Positions 1-13,049 of a stretch of DNA of 64,000 bases are shown here, piece by piece. Position 1 is the first letter of the stretch. Each line of letters starts with the position of its first letter. The stretch is from Babesia bigemina. Its lineage: Eukaryota. The position numbers were made by a program, and so were the translations under genes. The notes under the pieces were generated by a model. That model saw only the letters and a list, made by a program, of their open reading frames with translations, ran no database searches and had not been told where the DNA came from. The stretch lies in assembly GCF_000981445.1 (NCBI RefSeq), contig NC_027216.1, positions 1,302,001 to 1,366,000 of the forward strand, read 5' to 3'.

Positions 1-2037
1 CAAGGCGTTATATAAGGTGCCCAAGCAACCGGGACCTCGTGCTAGAAGTCTTGCGAACGTTCGACTTCCACTACCAGAAGAAGTTGTCATCCATTGTCGT
101 TTCTGTTAAATCCAAGGACTCCGACAAAGGCAGCATCTTCGTGTTTGTAAAAGGCGCTTACGAAAATGTGGTGGCGTGCTCTACGGGTAGCTTTGTAGAG
201 CTCGACCGGCTAGCCAAGGCGCAGTCGGAATCGGGCAGTTACGTCCTTGGCATAGGATACAAAATCATTTCTGAGGATGAAATTATCGCAAAACGTGAAT
301 CGATCGAATCGAAACTCACCATGGGGGGACTACTTGTATTTAACAACTCAGTGCGCGAGGAGAGCGCATCGGTAGTGGCCAAACTTCAGGAAGCCAAAGT
401 GCGCCCTGTCATATTGACTGGAGATAACGTGCCGGCATCTCAATTCGTGGCAAAGTCATTGGGCATGTTTGGCGATGGTGGCTCTCCTGGGCCGAACGCC
501 GAACTAATAGATGACAACTTAGTGTGGCACTTCCCGCATAACGCAATCGATGAGGAAACGCTGTACTTTGGAACTGACTGCGACAACCTCTCCATCACCG
601 GTGACGCGTTTGATCGCATAGATGAAGATTGGGAAAGCATCCTTAAAGTCTACGACCGGTGGACTACGAACAAGACCGCCAATGAGAACCTGTTCGAGCA
701 GTTCCTTTTGAGGGTACGCATTTTCGCACGCCTGAACCCTCACCAAAAAGTCCGCGTCATCAATGCATTCAAAAGGCTCGGCATTATAACCGGGATGTGC
801 GGCGACGGTACAAACGACTGCCTTGCACTTCAAGCATCACATGCTGGAGTGTCGCTTACAAATGTTAGTTTCACTTCTTGAATCACCTTACGTGTTTTAG
901 GGAACTGCATCTATGGTTGCGCCATTCACGTCGAAGAACAACACACTGCAGTCGGTGATAACTCTTATAAGGTAAACGACGACAGCTGTTTTTAGTGCAT
1001 CCGCAACGCAGGGAAGGCAGGGGCTCCCTGGTGACGTCGTTGGCATGCTTCAAATTCATGCTTCTGTTCGGGCTCATGATCGCATTGGTGAAAGTATTTT
1101 TGTTCAAGACGTGCCGCGGCGTGATGCCGGAGTGGGGATACTTACTATTGGAGAATGCGATCCTCCTCAGCCTCAGCCACACCATGGCGCTATCCAGGTA
1201 CCGAGTCACACCACATACGTCTCATTGAACGTCAGACCCAACGACAAGCTCAGAATCAGATCGCCAACGTCTAGTCTGCTGGGACCACTGTCCCTGAGCT
1301 CCATTGGCCTTATGTTCGGAACCAACATCATATTCCTTATACTGCTTTTCAAGCTTTACGCGTATACAGGCAGGTTCTGAGATAAAATATTAAAACCTTG
1401 CCCAGGCACGCCAACAAGCTTGGAGTATAATAGCAAAATGAATGTGGCAAGCTGGTGGATGCTGTAAGTGCGCAATGCGTATACCGTCACCATGGTGCAG
1501 GTCGGACAATTTCGAGGCGCCGACGGTCTGCCTGTGGCTCTGCTACCAGGTGGCCAACGCCGCTCTCGTGTTTAGTTTCGGTGGTATATTCAGGGAGTCC
1601 GTATTCAGGAACACCTACTTTACGCTGTACGTTTGCCGCTAGGGTATATACCAATTTGCAGGACATGGCTGGGCATCAATGGGATCCTTACGCTATTGCT
1701 GTTCTCGGGGCCCTCCAGGTTGACATGCTTGTTCCGCATCAATTGCACAGATGAAGTGTCACGCCAAACCGTCTTCCCGGTGCTGCGAGTCCTAACTACG
1801 AGCGCCAACGGGCACCCCTTCAGCGGACAGGGCGGTCACAACGTCCTCTCTACTAAATTCAGGGTTGGTGGAAAGCACAGTAACCCAGACATTATGCAGG
1901 TGTTATTCCTCGCTCTCAACGTCGCTAATGCAGTCGTCAACGGCCTTATATCGAAATTCCTGCTGGGCAGCGAATCCCTCAAGGCGATGAGCTCTCTTAT
2001 AGGGCACAAATACAGCGCGGATCGCATCAACGTGTAG
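1..2037 (+). CDS. P5-type (ATP13A-like) cation/polyamine-transporting P-type ATPase, 5'-partial, multi-exon
   Basis: Motifs VKGAYE, ILTGDN, FARLNPHQK, GMCGDGTNDCLAL..SHAGVSL and REGRGSLVTSLACFKFM are typical of P5 ATPases. C-terminal TM segments are split by short GT-AG introns. Stop at 2035-2037. Confidence 0.9.
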
Positions 2038-2070
2038 ACACACCTGCGGTCTAAACACACGAAAACTCTA

Positions 2071-3583
2071 ATGCAGCCATTAGCTCTCACATGGGCGGTC
2101 TATTTCTTACTGCTAGCCTGTGTAAGCTCCTTCGTCCTTCCGCGCGCGACACGTACGGGATTCCGCCGGGCGCTCTGCGGTTTCAGAGCCGCCAACCGCT
2201 CTAAGAACGCCTGTGATAGCGTTTTCGAGTTTAGAGTAGGTGAAGCGTCAGCAACGCGAATCTTGGTGCTAGGAACTGGGAAGCGTTATCGAGGCCAACC
2301 TCGCCAAAAAGGGTGCGTTGAGCTTTCCAGCGCGTTTATCAAGAAGCAGGCATAGTTGAACCCACACCGATACAACGGCAAGGCTGGAAGGTCATTCTTC
2401 AAGATGATTCGTCCAACGTGCTCCTCTCTGCGGAGACGGCAGCCGGGAAAACGCTGGCATACACATTACCATTGTTGCACCTAATGACCACTGAGGCAGG
2501 CATACTCAAGGTAGCAAGTTCACCGCTGTCGCAGAAGACGCTGGTTGTAAACCCGAGAACCGTCATCATGCTCCCTAACTCACTGCTGGTGCACCAGGTC
2601 CACCAAGTGTTGTCTGAACTTGTGCGGTGTGTCGTTGCGCGCTCTTAATAATGACAAACAGGGACACGGGGATGCGCGTCGATATGGTTGATAATATCGA
2701 GACGCAGGAGATGCCCGACGTGGTGATTGGTACGCCGCAAAAACTCCTCTCCAAGTTCGACGTGTACAACCTCAACTTCAAGGTTGACGTTTTCCAAAAT
2801 ATCGCATACCTGGTGCTCGACGAAGCGGACCAACTGGTGGAACAAACGAGCGAAGCGTGTTTGCGTCGATTTCTGGCACTTGCAAACAAACGGGTGAAAA
2901 CCATTTTGGCCGCCGCCACGGTGTCCACGGCTGGAAGGCGAAGCACCAAAAACTCCATAGACCGTTTGTTCAAGAACCTCACTGTGCGGAGCACGGATCG
3001 AGTGCATGCATTACCAACGAACTTAGAGCCCAATTTCGTATACTGCACTGGCTACGAGCAAAAGGTGGAAAAGTTGCTGGAGATACTCGGGGAGATGAAA
3101 CCACAACAACGAGCGCTCGTCTTCTGCGGGACAGTGAAGTCGTCAGAAGCGCTCTATGATATTCTAAAGAAGACTCATCGGCATCTGGACGTCGGGTTAA
3201 TCAATAGGTGCGTCGACGTGGAGACACAACTTGCTGTGGTTGACGAGCAACATGGAAACAAGGTAATCATCTGTACCGATTTGCTGGCGCGTGGCATCGA
3301 CATACCACGCGTTTCGACAGTTGTGCAGTTCGACTTTCCGACGAACGTGCTGGATTACATCCACAGATCCGGCAGAGCTGGCCGCAACATGCAGCGATGT
3401 AAAGCGAGTTTGCTGTGGACCGACGCAGACCGCGACTTTTTCACCTTGCTCAGCGATAATCACGACAATCTGCCTGCACTGTTCAGCCGCAAGCGTGGGC
3501 TTCGAAAGAGGCTGAAGCGAGGTCTGCCTGTCGGCGATACGCCAGCCCGAAGTGGTGGCGAAGACCTCAATGACAAAATGTAA
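2071..3583 (+). CDS. DEAD-box RNA helicase with N-terminal signal peptide plus basic transit-like region (probably apicoplast-targeted)
   Basis: Spliced product has Q-motif PTPIQ, motif I AETAAGKT, DVVIGTP, VLDEAD, AAT, TDLLARGID and HRSGRAGR. The hydrophobic N-terminus is followed by an Arg-rich stretch. Confidence 0.85.
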
Positions 3584-3903
3584 TATTAATACAGCGGCAA
3601 TCGCAACGTTGTACATGTACGCGATCCATCTTTATATACCGATGACTCGCAGTTAAAGTCGCGCGCTAATGAAGAACTGGGTTATTCGATACCCGTACGC
3701 ACCCAGGCCACCAGCCCTTGTCCAGCGCAATGCTGCTCGTTGCAAGCCGACTATCCACCGACATCATACGAAATTCCGTAGTGCCCCGTAATTCTGAGGG
3801 CGAAACCCAACTGTGGAAGCAACATATATCCCCTAGAATCAACGACACCCACAGGCATACCAGGAAGGAAAGCAGCATACGAAAATTAATCTATAACGCA
3901 GGT

Positions 3904-4404
3904 TCATTCGTTAGCGACAACTTCCGTCTGCAGGCCAGTGAAGTCGTCAACTGGCACGTGTTGCACAAGCGTGAACATGGGCTCCTTGGCATCATCGTCG
4001 TCGTTGCGCTTGCGGGAGATGCGGACACGCACACGGCGCGGGAGGTTGCGAATACCGTTCGACCAGATGTAGCGGTTGAGGGTGTTGTCAATGCGCACAT
4101 CCTGCGTCACATGAATACACTGGGAGCGGAATAACTCACCGTGGTCTTCATGGCCTTGGCAGCGAACTCCTTGATCTTCTTGATGGCAGTAGGGGCCTTT
4201 CTCTTGAAAGTCGCGCGATGAACCATCTTGTGAAGGTGGATGGTGTAGTCCCTGGTAATAGGCTGCAGGGCCTTCTTCTTGAGCTTGTCTGCAAATACGA
4301 TGAAACGCAGGTATTACAGCTCGGGCGCGTCCGACATGGAAAACAAAGTGTTACACCACGGGGTAAACCCCTCCAGGTCTCGTACTAAACGTACCCTTTG
4401 CCAT
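3904..4404 (-). CDS. RPL31: 60S ribosomal protein L31 (eL31), 3 exons
   Basis: Spliced: [88 protein letters not shown]. Introns ~4102-4139 and ~4289-4394. Confidence 0.96.
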
Positions 4405-5057
4405 ATTTACGCGATTAAATATAGTATCAGTGTTTGGCTGAATGGTATTGGTCGCAAGACCCCGAGCCGACGGAATGATGGCGCCGTGTCGGGCGGCCGC
4501 GGACGAGGTTGCCGTTGGTGGAAGCCAGGTCAACGGGCCATTACATCATTGCCGCGTGATATACGCGGCAATACAGCGAACCGAAAATATGCGTGGGTGT
4601 GCGATGCTGCCGCCCTAACCGTTGGAATCACGGCTCCCGAAGCGCGCAGCGTAGCTCACCGCACTGCGAGATGTCACCCAGTGACACATCACATTTCATC
4701 ACGTGCATCTTAGCTGCAGCCCAGCGTAACAATTATAAATGTGCGTGGGCACGTTGTAGGTGTAAATTTGCTAGGGGCTGGCGCTCAAGCGTCCAAACCT
4801 TGAACTCGGCGTGACCACTGCCGCGTTACGGGTGGTAAGCCACGCAGCATCCAATGCCGATGTAACAAATAGTCGGCACTAATTTGGATGCGGCTGTTTG
4901 GCCCGGCTAATGTAGCTGAGTACTGTTGATCTGCGTGTATTCCGTGTACGGAGACGGCGCTCCTCACGGTCGACCTACACCGAAAGTGGCACGACACATT
5001 CGCCAATGCGGTGTACTCTGTATAGCTTGACAACAGTTACGTACGCTTAACGGGAGG

Positions 5058-7336
5058 ATGCTGAAGTACCTGGCGGGCAAGAGCCCAATCAGCTTCGCAT
5101 CCTCAGGGTTCGGGTATGCGGAGGAGGAGCCCGTGGAAACTCCGTTTGGGCACCTACAAAGCTTCCTATGGTATAACGGCTCAGCTAAGGGGGCAGGTAC
5201 TCCTGCGTCCCTCTTCAAGTTCTCAGCCAAGAACCGCAATGCTACGGGTACGTCGCAGTTTCGTAGAGTATCATTGCATCGCAGCCCAAAACCTCGAGCA
5301 GGAGTTCGCGGAGCGGCACCTTCGTTCCATCAAGCTAATACTCCACCCAAACGTTCTAAAGCTGCTCAAGGTAAAGCAAACCGACACCGGCATCACCATC
5401 GCAACGGAGCGCTGCTACCCTCTGTCGCTTGAGAGTTAGTGCCGTCTTTGTGGTCCAGTTTGACGTCAGTGCAGCAGTGTCGACTGACCCCGCGTTGGGG
5501 TTGGCGCAGATCATTTCGGCGCTTAATTTTCTACATACCAAGTGCCACAAGACGCATTGCCTTGTCTCTCCCACCGGTGTTGTGGTGCGGGACGACGGTA
5601 GGTTTGACGCGTCCCCGCAAAGAAATAATGTTTGTAGGTTCTTGGTGCCTCACATCGTTCGAGTGCACTGTGGACAATGACACGTCCATACATCGAGTCC
5701 TGGCGGAGCTTAAGTGGCACGCCTCCTGGAGCAACGGTTGGCGCATGCCCTCGCTGGCCAATGCATCTGCAAGCGTGAGGCAGCTGGACCAGTAAGTAGA
5801 CCTCACACGGCTGCAGCCTAACCTGTGAGTAAACCAGGGCTAATGTCAATTCAGATGGGGTCTCGGAGCGCTTATGTGCTGGGTTCACACGCTTATTGCG
5901 GGACAGGTTGATCTCTGCGTCCTATCACGACATGACCGCGATATCTATTCACTGAAACGCTACGCGCCGGCCAACCTCCATGAGCTCATCGATCAGCTCA
6001 TGTCACCGGACCACGATGTCGATCTAGAGGCGGTGTTGAAGACGCACCCCTATTTCACCGAAAATGAAGGCATATCCGCAATGTCGTTTGCCACGGAGTT
6101 CCACATAAAGAATGAGGAGCAGATGTCTGCGTTCTTTTCACAGCTGCCGACAAAGCTCACGCGCATACCGAACGATATTGCCGTAGGTTTCGCCAAATGT
6201 TGGGAACTATACGGCGCAGTGTAAACAGCTACTACCCGAGATATTGAAGGTCATGTTTTTGCACAGGTCACTGATTCCGAGCATCCTGGAATCTGTGGTC
6301 GTGATATGCAAGTCCATGTTGCTGGAGGAATTCAAGGTCAAGGTATACCCGCACATCTCAAAGCTGTTCAAGGAAAACGACAGGGCCATCAGGTACGACG
6401 AGTCGTCGTTTGCACAAAACCTGCGCAGGTACAGCTTACTGCGACTGATGCCTGACCTCGACCCGATGCTCGACGAGAACCAGGTGTCGGATGACCTCCT
6501 TGAGCCTCTGCTCATAGGTTTCGGGGACACGGCGTCGCAGATCCGCGACGAAACAGTGAAGGCAATGGTCTACGTCATGAAGAAAATCAAGAAACGTCAA
6601 CAACAGAACGCTGCTATGATGCTTTTCAAGTGTGTCGAGGATTGCGAGCCTACGATCAGGGTGAACACCATCATATGCTTCGCGAAAATAATCCCCTTTG
6701 TGCAACACGAACTCGTTGAGAAAGTGGTGCCGCAGGTTTGGCGGCTCGGGCTAAGCGACACCTTCCTCAAATCGAAGCTGGCAACGCTAGAGGTGGGTGC
6801 CAATGCATGTAAAGCATAGGCTGACGCAGTCAATTTCCGCATCACACGGATTCTTCGGAACCAAGCAAAAGGTCGAAATCCTACTGCCGCTCGCGTGCAA
6901 CACTCTGCTGGACAGCGAGCCGCAGGTGAGGCGGATGGGTTTCGACACAATCCACTCCATACTGGACTCACTGAAGGAGCACGTCGCGGAAGGTACGTCA
7001 CGCAACGTGCGAAGTGCACGACACTAACATGCAGGTGGCAACGAGAGTTTCGACAGTCAGTGGGCAGGAGTTAACAAAACCACGACACAGCACAAGCCAC
7101 AACACGCAACGCATCCCATGACCCTGGTTCCCAGCGTGGCGCAACCTGGAGTACCCAGAAACCCGGGTGCGAGTTTGGGCATGCCAGGCCAGCGCTCTCA
7201 GCACCAGCACCAATTGTTGGCGGCAAGTCAAGAACGTCGCCTAAGCGCATCGAAGGAAACGCCGCTGAGACCAGCGACGCACGACGTAATGGACGAACTC
7301 GAAGACTTCTTCGACCCGTTTCCACCGAAAAGATAA
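5058..7336 (+). CDS. SCY1-like pseudokinase with HEAT repeats, multi-exon
   Basis: N-terminal kinase-like part (SLFKF; IKLILHPNVLKLL; GLAQIISALNFLH..C..THCLV). HEAT-like region FKENDRAIR..LL, GFGDTASQIRDETVK, EPTIRVNTIIC, characteristic of the SCYL1 family. Confidence 0.85.
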
Positions 7337-7359
7337 TTACGTATACATGTCATAATTGT

Positions 7360-7757
7360 CTAGCATTTAAGCGCCTCGGCAATCTCGTCCTTCTCCTCAA
7401 CGAGGTGCTTGTACACCTTGGAGCCCTCAAGAGCCTTCTCGACGGTTTGCTTGGTGGTGGAGTAGATGGTGCGCGAGTTGGTGGGGGCGTTGGGAGCGGC
7501 GTACATGAAGAGCACGACGTAGCGGCCTGCGAGACATTGTACATTACGCGAGCACACATACCGGTGTCGTAGAGAACGAAGGCGCAGTCATCGGCGGGGA
7601 GGCTGGAGTAAAGCTCCTCAACATCACCAGATCCCTGACCGGCTACAGTCACTACATCGCCCTTGATGGCGAGGATCATGTACTTGCAGGCCTTCTTCAG
7701 CTTCATTTGGTTGAAGGCCTGGATGGTCTCCTGGGGAACCTTGATACCGCTCTCCAT
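7360..7757 (-). CDS. ADF: Actin-depolymerizing factor (ADF/cofilin), 2 exons
   Basis: MESGIKVPQETIQAFNQMKLKKACKYMIL...DDCAFVLYDTG|RYVVLFMYAAPNAPTNSRTIYSTTK. 35-nt intron 7527-7561. Confidence 0.95.
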
Positions 7758-8433
7758 TTTGGCAAAATATATCGCGTGTGCTAGTAAAAGAAAATGCGGA
7801 GTAAAAAGTGGTGTGCCGGGCGCAGTGGAGGCGCCGGGACGTGGATGCCCATGTTGGGCTCAACGTGCCAACGCATGACGCAGAGAATGCAAACCGTTAT
7901 ACGCTACATGTTTTTTAAAGGCTGCTAAAAATTCTCCATCACTCCAGGAAGGCTAGGCGTATGGCTGCTGGCCCGAAATGGAACCCAAAATGTCACACAC
8001 ACGTCACAAAAGAGCTACCAGCTTCTTACGGAGCCCGAACCAGACAGGCAGAAAACCCAGTCAAAACGCCTATTCACATTAGAACCACCGCAAAAAATGG
8101 CGCCAAACGTCCGTACCCTACAGATGACACGAGCAATAGGTTGATCCGAATACAAAGGTCGCATTTGCGTGCTGCGTAAAGATTCTAGAGAGATAAAGCT
8201 ACTCCGTGATGCCGCAGCAACTTGTCGGCGCAGTTTCGGCGTATCGCCGTGCCGCGGTAACGTGGAAGCCGGACGACAGCAAATGGGGAGCCGACGGCGT
8301 CGGCCTATGGCACAATTACAACAAACAATAGAGCGCAATTTACGAAGAAATAAAATTAATTCTTCGCATATAATTGTCGCCGCCATTTAACAAGCAGCAT
8401 TTCTGCTGTGATTCCAGGCGAAATCGGTTAACC

Positions 8434-9123
8434 ATGGGTAGCCGTGAACGCCACGATAGACGGCACGCGTCTCTGCTCGTCAGGAACCTTAAGTACGAGA
8501 CTTCGCCCGAACAATTGCGCTCCGCGTTTTCTAAGTTCGGCGAAATCCGTGACGTGTACCTGCCGCTCGACTACTACACGAGAAAGCCACGCGGATTTGG
8601 ATTCGTCGAATTTTTTTCGCACTCCGACGCCGATGAAGCCATGCGTGAGATGTTCGGATACGAACTGGACGGTAACAAAATCGAGGTCTTCGTCGCGAAA
8701 CACGGAAGATCAGACCCCTACCAGATGGTAAGCCAAGACGCCGGGTCACGGCGATTTATTCGCAAGCCGCGCCGCTCGGAGGCTATGATTCATTCGAAAA
8801 CTGAAGAACAAGCCCCGGCGGTCACTTGCCATAAGACGGAGCTGACAGCCTTGCAGAGGAACCGCGAGCGTCGGAGACGCAGAAGCCGCGACAGGTCATA
8901 CTCGAGAGATAGGCGCCGCCGATCAGTGTCGTACGACAGACACCGCAGGCGTTCTATTTCGAGGTCGCGAGAGAGGTACAGGTCACGCGAAAGGGACAGG
9001 CGCATGTCCAGGTCTATGGACAGACCCTCACCGAGGTGCGTGTGAGACATCTGCTTTATATTCTTTTGCAGAATGCGAGGGGACAGCAGAGGGCGTAACC
9101 ACGATAGTCCCAAGCGTTCGTAA
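8434..9123 (+). CDS. SR splicing factor (RRM + RS domain; SC35/SRSF10-like)
   Basis: RRM SLLVRNL...FGEIRDVYLPLDYYTRKPRGFGFVEF, followed by an RS-rich tail. Introns 8728-8856 and 9036-9071. Stop 9121-9123. Confidence 0.93.
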
Positions 9124-10266
9124 GTTTCGGTTGCTCCCTACACACCGCATTGTGTTGCAGCGACGGAGCCAGGGACTACTCTAGGAGCCAATCACGGAGC
9201 AGATGAGCATTTTTTCCAGTATACTTCAACAATATACTTTTGCGATTTAAGGTCGCCCTATGTGATCGAAATCGACTACCCCCGAAATTGAGGCCATTGC
9301 ATCGTATATGCGCTATACGGCAAGTCCCAGCCCCAAAGGGGCCTTGAATGCCGTATTCATCATCGAGCCGACACATAAGCGGGAACTAAGGGGCGGCGCA
9401 GAATGTTACTCTAATTTGACTCGTATTAGACAATGAACTTTAGTGCAGTGCCGCAATGCGCACAACCACCTGGCGGAACACCGTAGTGAGCGGGGCGGCG
9501 TCTGCCAAGCTGCAGAATAAGGGGCGGCGCACAGCGGAATTGCACCCGCGTGACGCCGTAAAGCTATGCCAGAAACCAATCCACGCAAAGCACCCGCAGA
9601 TGTTTGCGCGACCGACCGCATGGGCAATACAGCCCAACTAATATATGTAAATGGCTAGAGCCCACCTAAAAGGCGTGTTTGTGATCAGTGTGCGCCGTTC
9701 AGATTCGTTCAATACCGCAGTCACCGTATAGGTTAACTACTTCATCGACGTCAAGCAAATGTGAACATTTGATAACTTAATTCCGCAGACGGCAGAACGT
9801 ACATCTCATCATCACGGCTGTTGACAGCAACTGTCGCTGATGGCATCGATAACCAGATTCACTATAGAAGTGATCCTGTACGAGCACAGTCGACTGAAGT
9901 TGAACGATTTCGGCGGTCGTCGTGATGTTGGCAGCACATAATCCGGGTGATGCCTCACATGCCCCACCAACTGAACAAAAATTAGCAGAACAATTTTTGG
10001 ATTCAAAAAACAACATGTCCTGCTTATTAGATAGATATGTGTTGTGTATCGTGGAATGTATGCGTTAATCTGCGTTTTGCAGAGCGTGTGATAATGCGAT
10101 CTGTGCTGTCACCGAAGGTCTAACTGTTGCTGCTGTTACTGGCATTTTACATCGTCATCTTCGATTCATGAATTGTTAGCGCACTCCGTTGTGTGCATCT
10201 GATAATTGAAGGTGAGATGTTGGTCTCGTTCGTCACGTGGTCTTGCGGCCGAAAAGCCAACCGGAG

Positions 10267-11113
10267 CTACGACCCTGCCTTGGCAGTGGCGGCACTCTTC
10301 TTCATCACGCCGTAATTGTGTAGACGAGCAACCGTCACCTCGGTGCTTGTTATCTGGTTGCGAATCCACGATAAATCCTTTTTCTAACACGGATGCAGCA
10401 CGATAAACGGAAAACATACAATATCTTCGATGCTCTCAAGAGCCACGTTAAGCTGATCTTTGAGCAGCGCAATAGCCTCATCCACGGGGTACTCAACCAT
10501 TGTGTTAGCCTGAAATTTATGACTCCACGATAACGCAACGTACCCCCAGCCATAGGAAAATTGTCTTCGTGGATGTTATACGAGCTTCGGAGTAGAGCGT
10601 GTCCGATACCTTGAAGTACGTGTACATGTCGCCTCCATCGTCTGCCTATACAAACGTCATTTCAAGAACTCAATTGTCGAAATCTCACCCCCCTCTTCTC
10701 GATTTGCGCTATGATCGTCAATGCGTCTTTGAGCTCCGGCACCTTGTTGTGAAGCGCAGTAAGCTTCGTCACCATGCTTTTCTCCATGAATCGATACTTC
10801 CTAAATTAACGTTAACGTGGCAAAACGGCACTGCGAACTCACGCTAAAAGCTCTTTACCGTTCTCCGTCACTACAGCGGGATCACGGTCTCCTACAAGCT
10901 TCTCGATGTCGGCCTGGAAAATAGGTGAGACACGTCAAACACGCAAAAGTTGCCCTGACTCGCATACCCTGTAACATCAAAGAAACTGTTCCAGGGTTGA
11001 CACGACTAAAGCACGAAAAATTAGGTGCCACTTACAACATATTTTGCAGCTGGCACCTTCCTGTTGTCAACATAGGTGACGAGGCCGTCATAAGCGGAAC
11101 TCGGCGTGCCCAT
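10267..11113 (-). CDS. PFDN3: Prefoldin subunit 3 (VBP1), multi-exon; missed by the ORF track
   Basis: Hand-spliced: MGTPSSAYDGLVTYVDNRKVPAAKYV|ADIEKLV...KYRFMEKSM...KVPELKDAL...YFKVSDTLYSEARI...IFLWLG|ANTMVEYPVDEAIALL...DLSWIRNQITSTEVTVARLHNY. The LWLGANxMVEY signature is present. Confidence 0.93.
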
Positions 11114-11630
11114 TATAATGGCATTAAATAGGAATCCAAAAAAATTCGGCCACGGACGACGGCGTTACAATGCGCAGGTAGAGGACCACGACTTGCACAG
11201 ACGCCAGCGTACGGCACAAAAGTCGGAAAGTTAGAAACGAACGAAGGGTTTAATTTGTAACTAATTGTCAAATTATGGTGCTTTGTAATGAACACCCAGG
11301 GTAGGGGGTACACATTGCTCTTTCGGCCAGGATACCGCCACGAGGTCGAGAGAGACCACGTCAAGCTGCACATAAAAGCGTCATTAAGTAATCACATCGG
11401 TATCACATGTGTGTACAAATACTTTGGGTCAATTAGGATTCCCGATGATACTGCATACTCCTAAATGGAACACATAGACATGTCTAAAGCCACGTCACAG
11501 CTGCACTAACACCTTTGCTCAAAATGCAGACTCAACGCAACGCTGAAACTGAGCGACCGTCGCTTCCAGCGGTGGGCCACGTAAAGCATGTAGTAAGGTT
11601 CCAATTTTAAATAAAAATTCTCTCGCCACT

Positions 11631-12032
11631 ATGGATACCGAAAACCTGAGAACCGCGTTCAACAATTATGCAAACAAAGCAACCGGGCAGCTTGAAAGCA
11701 GAATGTTCGTCAAATTATTCAAGCAAGCGGGTCTGTTAAACTCAAAATTCACTGCTAACGACGTAGACGTCATCTTCGTCAAGCATAGAACCAAAGTAGG
11801 CGCCAATGCGGTCGAAGATCACCTTTAGCAGGGCGCACGCACATTGGACTTCATGGGCTTCTGCGCAGCGATTAATTCAGCTGCACGAGCTCTAGATACC
11901 GACGCAACGGTTTTGGTGGAGAAAGCGGGTCCTCCCTTATACTCGGGGACAGAAACCCTTCCCGTGCGTTTGCACGACGATAAAAGCGGCTACACCGGCG
12001 TTCACGCCCACGGAGGACCATCGTTCAAGTGA
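11631..12032 (+). CDS. Short-type TPPP / p25-alpha tubulin polymerization-promoting protein, 2 exons
   Basis: LRTAFNNY...FVKLFKQAGLL...DVDVIFVK, with C-terminal VRLHDDKSGYTGVHAHGGP signature. Intron 11796-11831. Confidence 0.9.
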
Positions 12033-12356
12033 TCAAACGACGCCCTCATCCTGTGGACAGTGTGGTTGCGTCCTGATATGTTACACTCATGCTTTAAAAC
12101 ATACCTGACATTAATAATGTTGTTCTCGCAATGCGGGCAATTTTCCCAAACAGTAATAACCGTTACATATTGCACAATCAGATTAACGTGGCTGTCAATG
12201 TGGATTCAGACGAGTGCGACGGCTTACTATTTGGTGCCGCTGTTAGCACATACATGGCGTGACAGAACAACCACTTGCGCCGGCAATCCCATAATGAGAA
12301 AGCGCATCCGACTCCATATTCATGTGTGTAGTCTGCCTATCTTCAAATGTCGACGA

Positions 12357-13049
12357 CTAGGAATTGCACGATAGCCTTGAGTGCACACGATCAAGCTTTG
12401 CACTGACAGAGGCGTCTATCACCTGGTCACCGATACGCACAACCAAACCTCCCATCAGACTGGGATTAACCTTGTAAACGACAGACGGCTGGGAGGAACC
12501 GCCAAGACGTTTCTTCAGCGCATTCTCAAGAGCCACCTTGTGTTTCGGACTCAACTCACATGCGGAATGAGCATAGCACTTCACCTGGCCCTTCGTTGCC
12601 ATGTAGAGAGTCTCAAACAGCTTTACCAACTCGGCAAAATCACCAGATCGGCGCTGCGTAAAAAGCACCTCCAGACAGTTCAAAGTCTCTTTCTGCATCT
12701 CTGGCAAACCTAACGTCTTCAGGTCGTCACGAAGAAATGCAACCTTGGTTGATGAACGCAAACAGGGGTTACTGATGAATACGGAAAACTCGTTGCATGT
12801 GCTCATCGCATCGTGCAGAGTGCTTAGGTCACCCATCACGCTATCAACGCAACTAGCATCCTTGGCTGCGAGGTAGAGGGCTTTCGCGTAGGAACCCATT
12901 ACGCCGTGGCCGTCCATCATTTCTAAAGCTTTTGCATCTGATGTATTCGCAAAAGAGCGATGCGATATGTGCGATGTCCCGCATAGCGGAGGAACACCGC
13001 GGAGCTGTTTCGGCAGACGGCCGAATAGACGGCGCCAAATCATGGTCAT
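12357..13049 (-). CDS. Mitochondrial ATP synthase OSCP (delta) subunit
   Basis: Arg-rich presequence; GSYAKALYLAA, FISNP and VNPSLMGGLVVRIGDQVIDASVSAKL are OSCP hallmarks. Confidence 0.94.
   Translation of the reverse strand: MTMIWRRLFGRLPKQLRGVPPLCGTSHISHRSFANTSDAKALEMMDGHGVMGSYAKALYLAAKDASCVDSVMGDLSTLHDAMSTCNEFSVFISNPCLRSSTKVAFLRDDLKTLGLPEMQKETLNCLEVLFTQRRSGDFAELVKLFETLYMATKGQVKCYAHSACELSPKHKVALENALKKRLGGSSQPSVVYKVNPSLMGGLVVRIGDQVIDASVSAKLDRVHSRLSCNS

Noticed and set aside
9186..9305. U1-like loop words (aatcacggag, ccattgcat)
   Set aside because: No 5' ACTTACCTG and wrong spacing; not called as U1 snRNA.
9560..9840. Possible tiny spliced + strand ORF (MPETNPRK...)
   Set aside because: Short product with no recognisable features; splice sites unverified.
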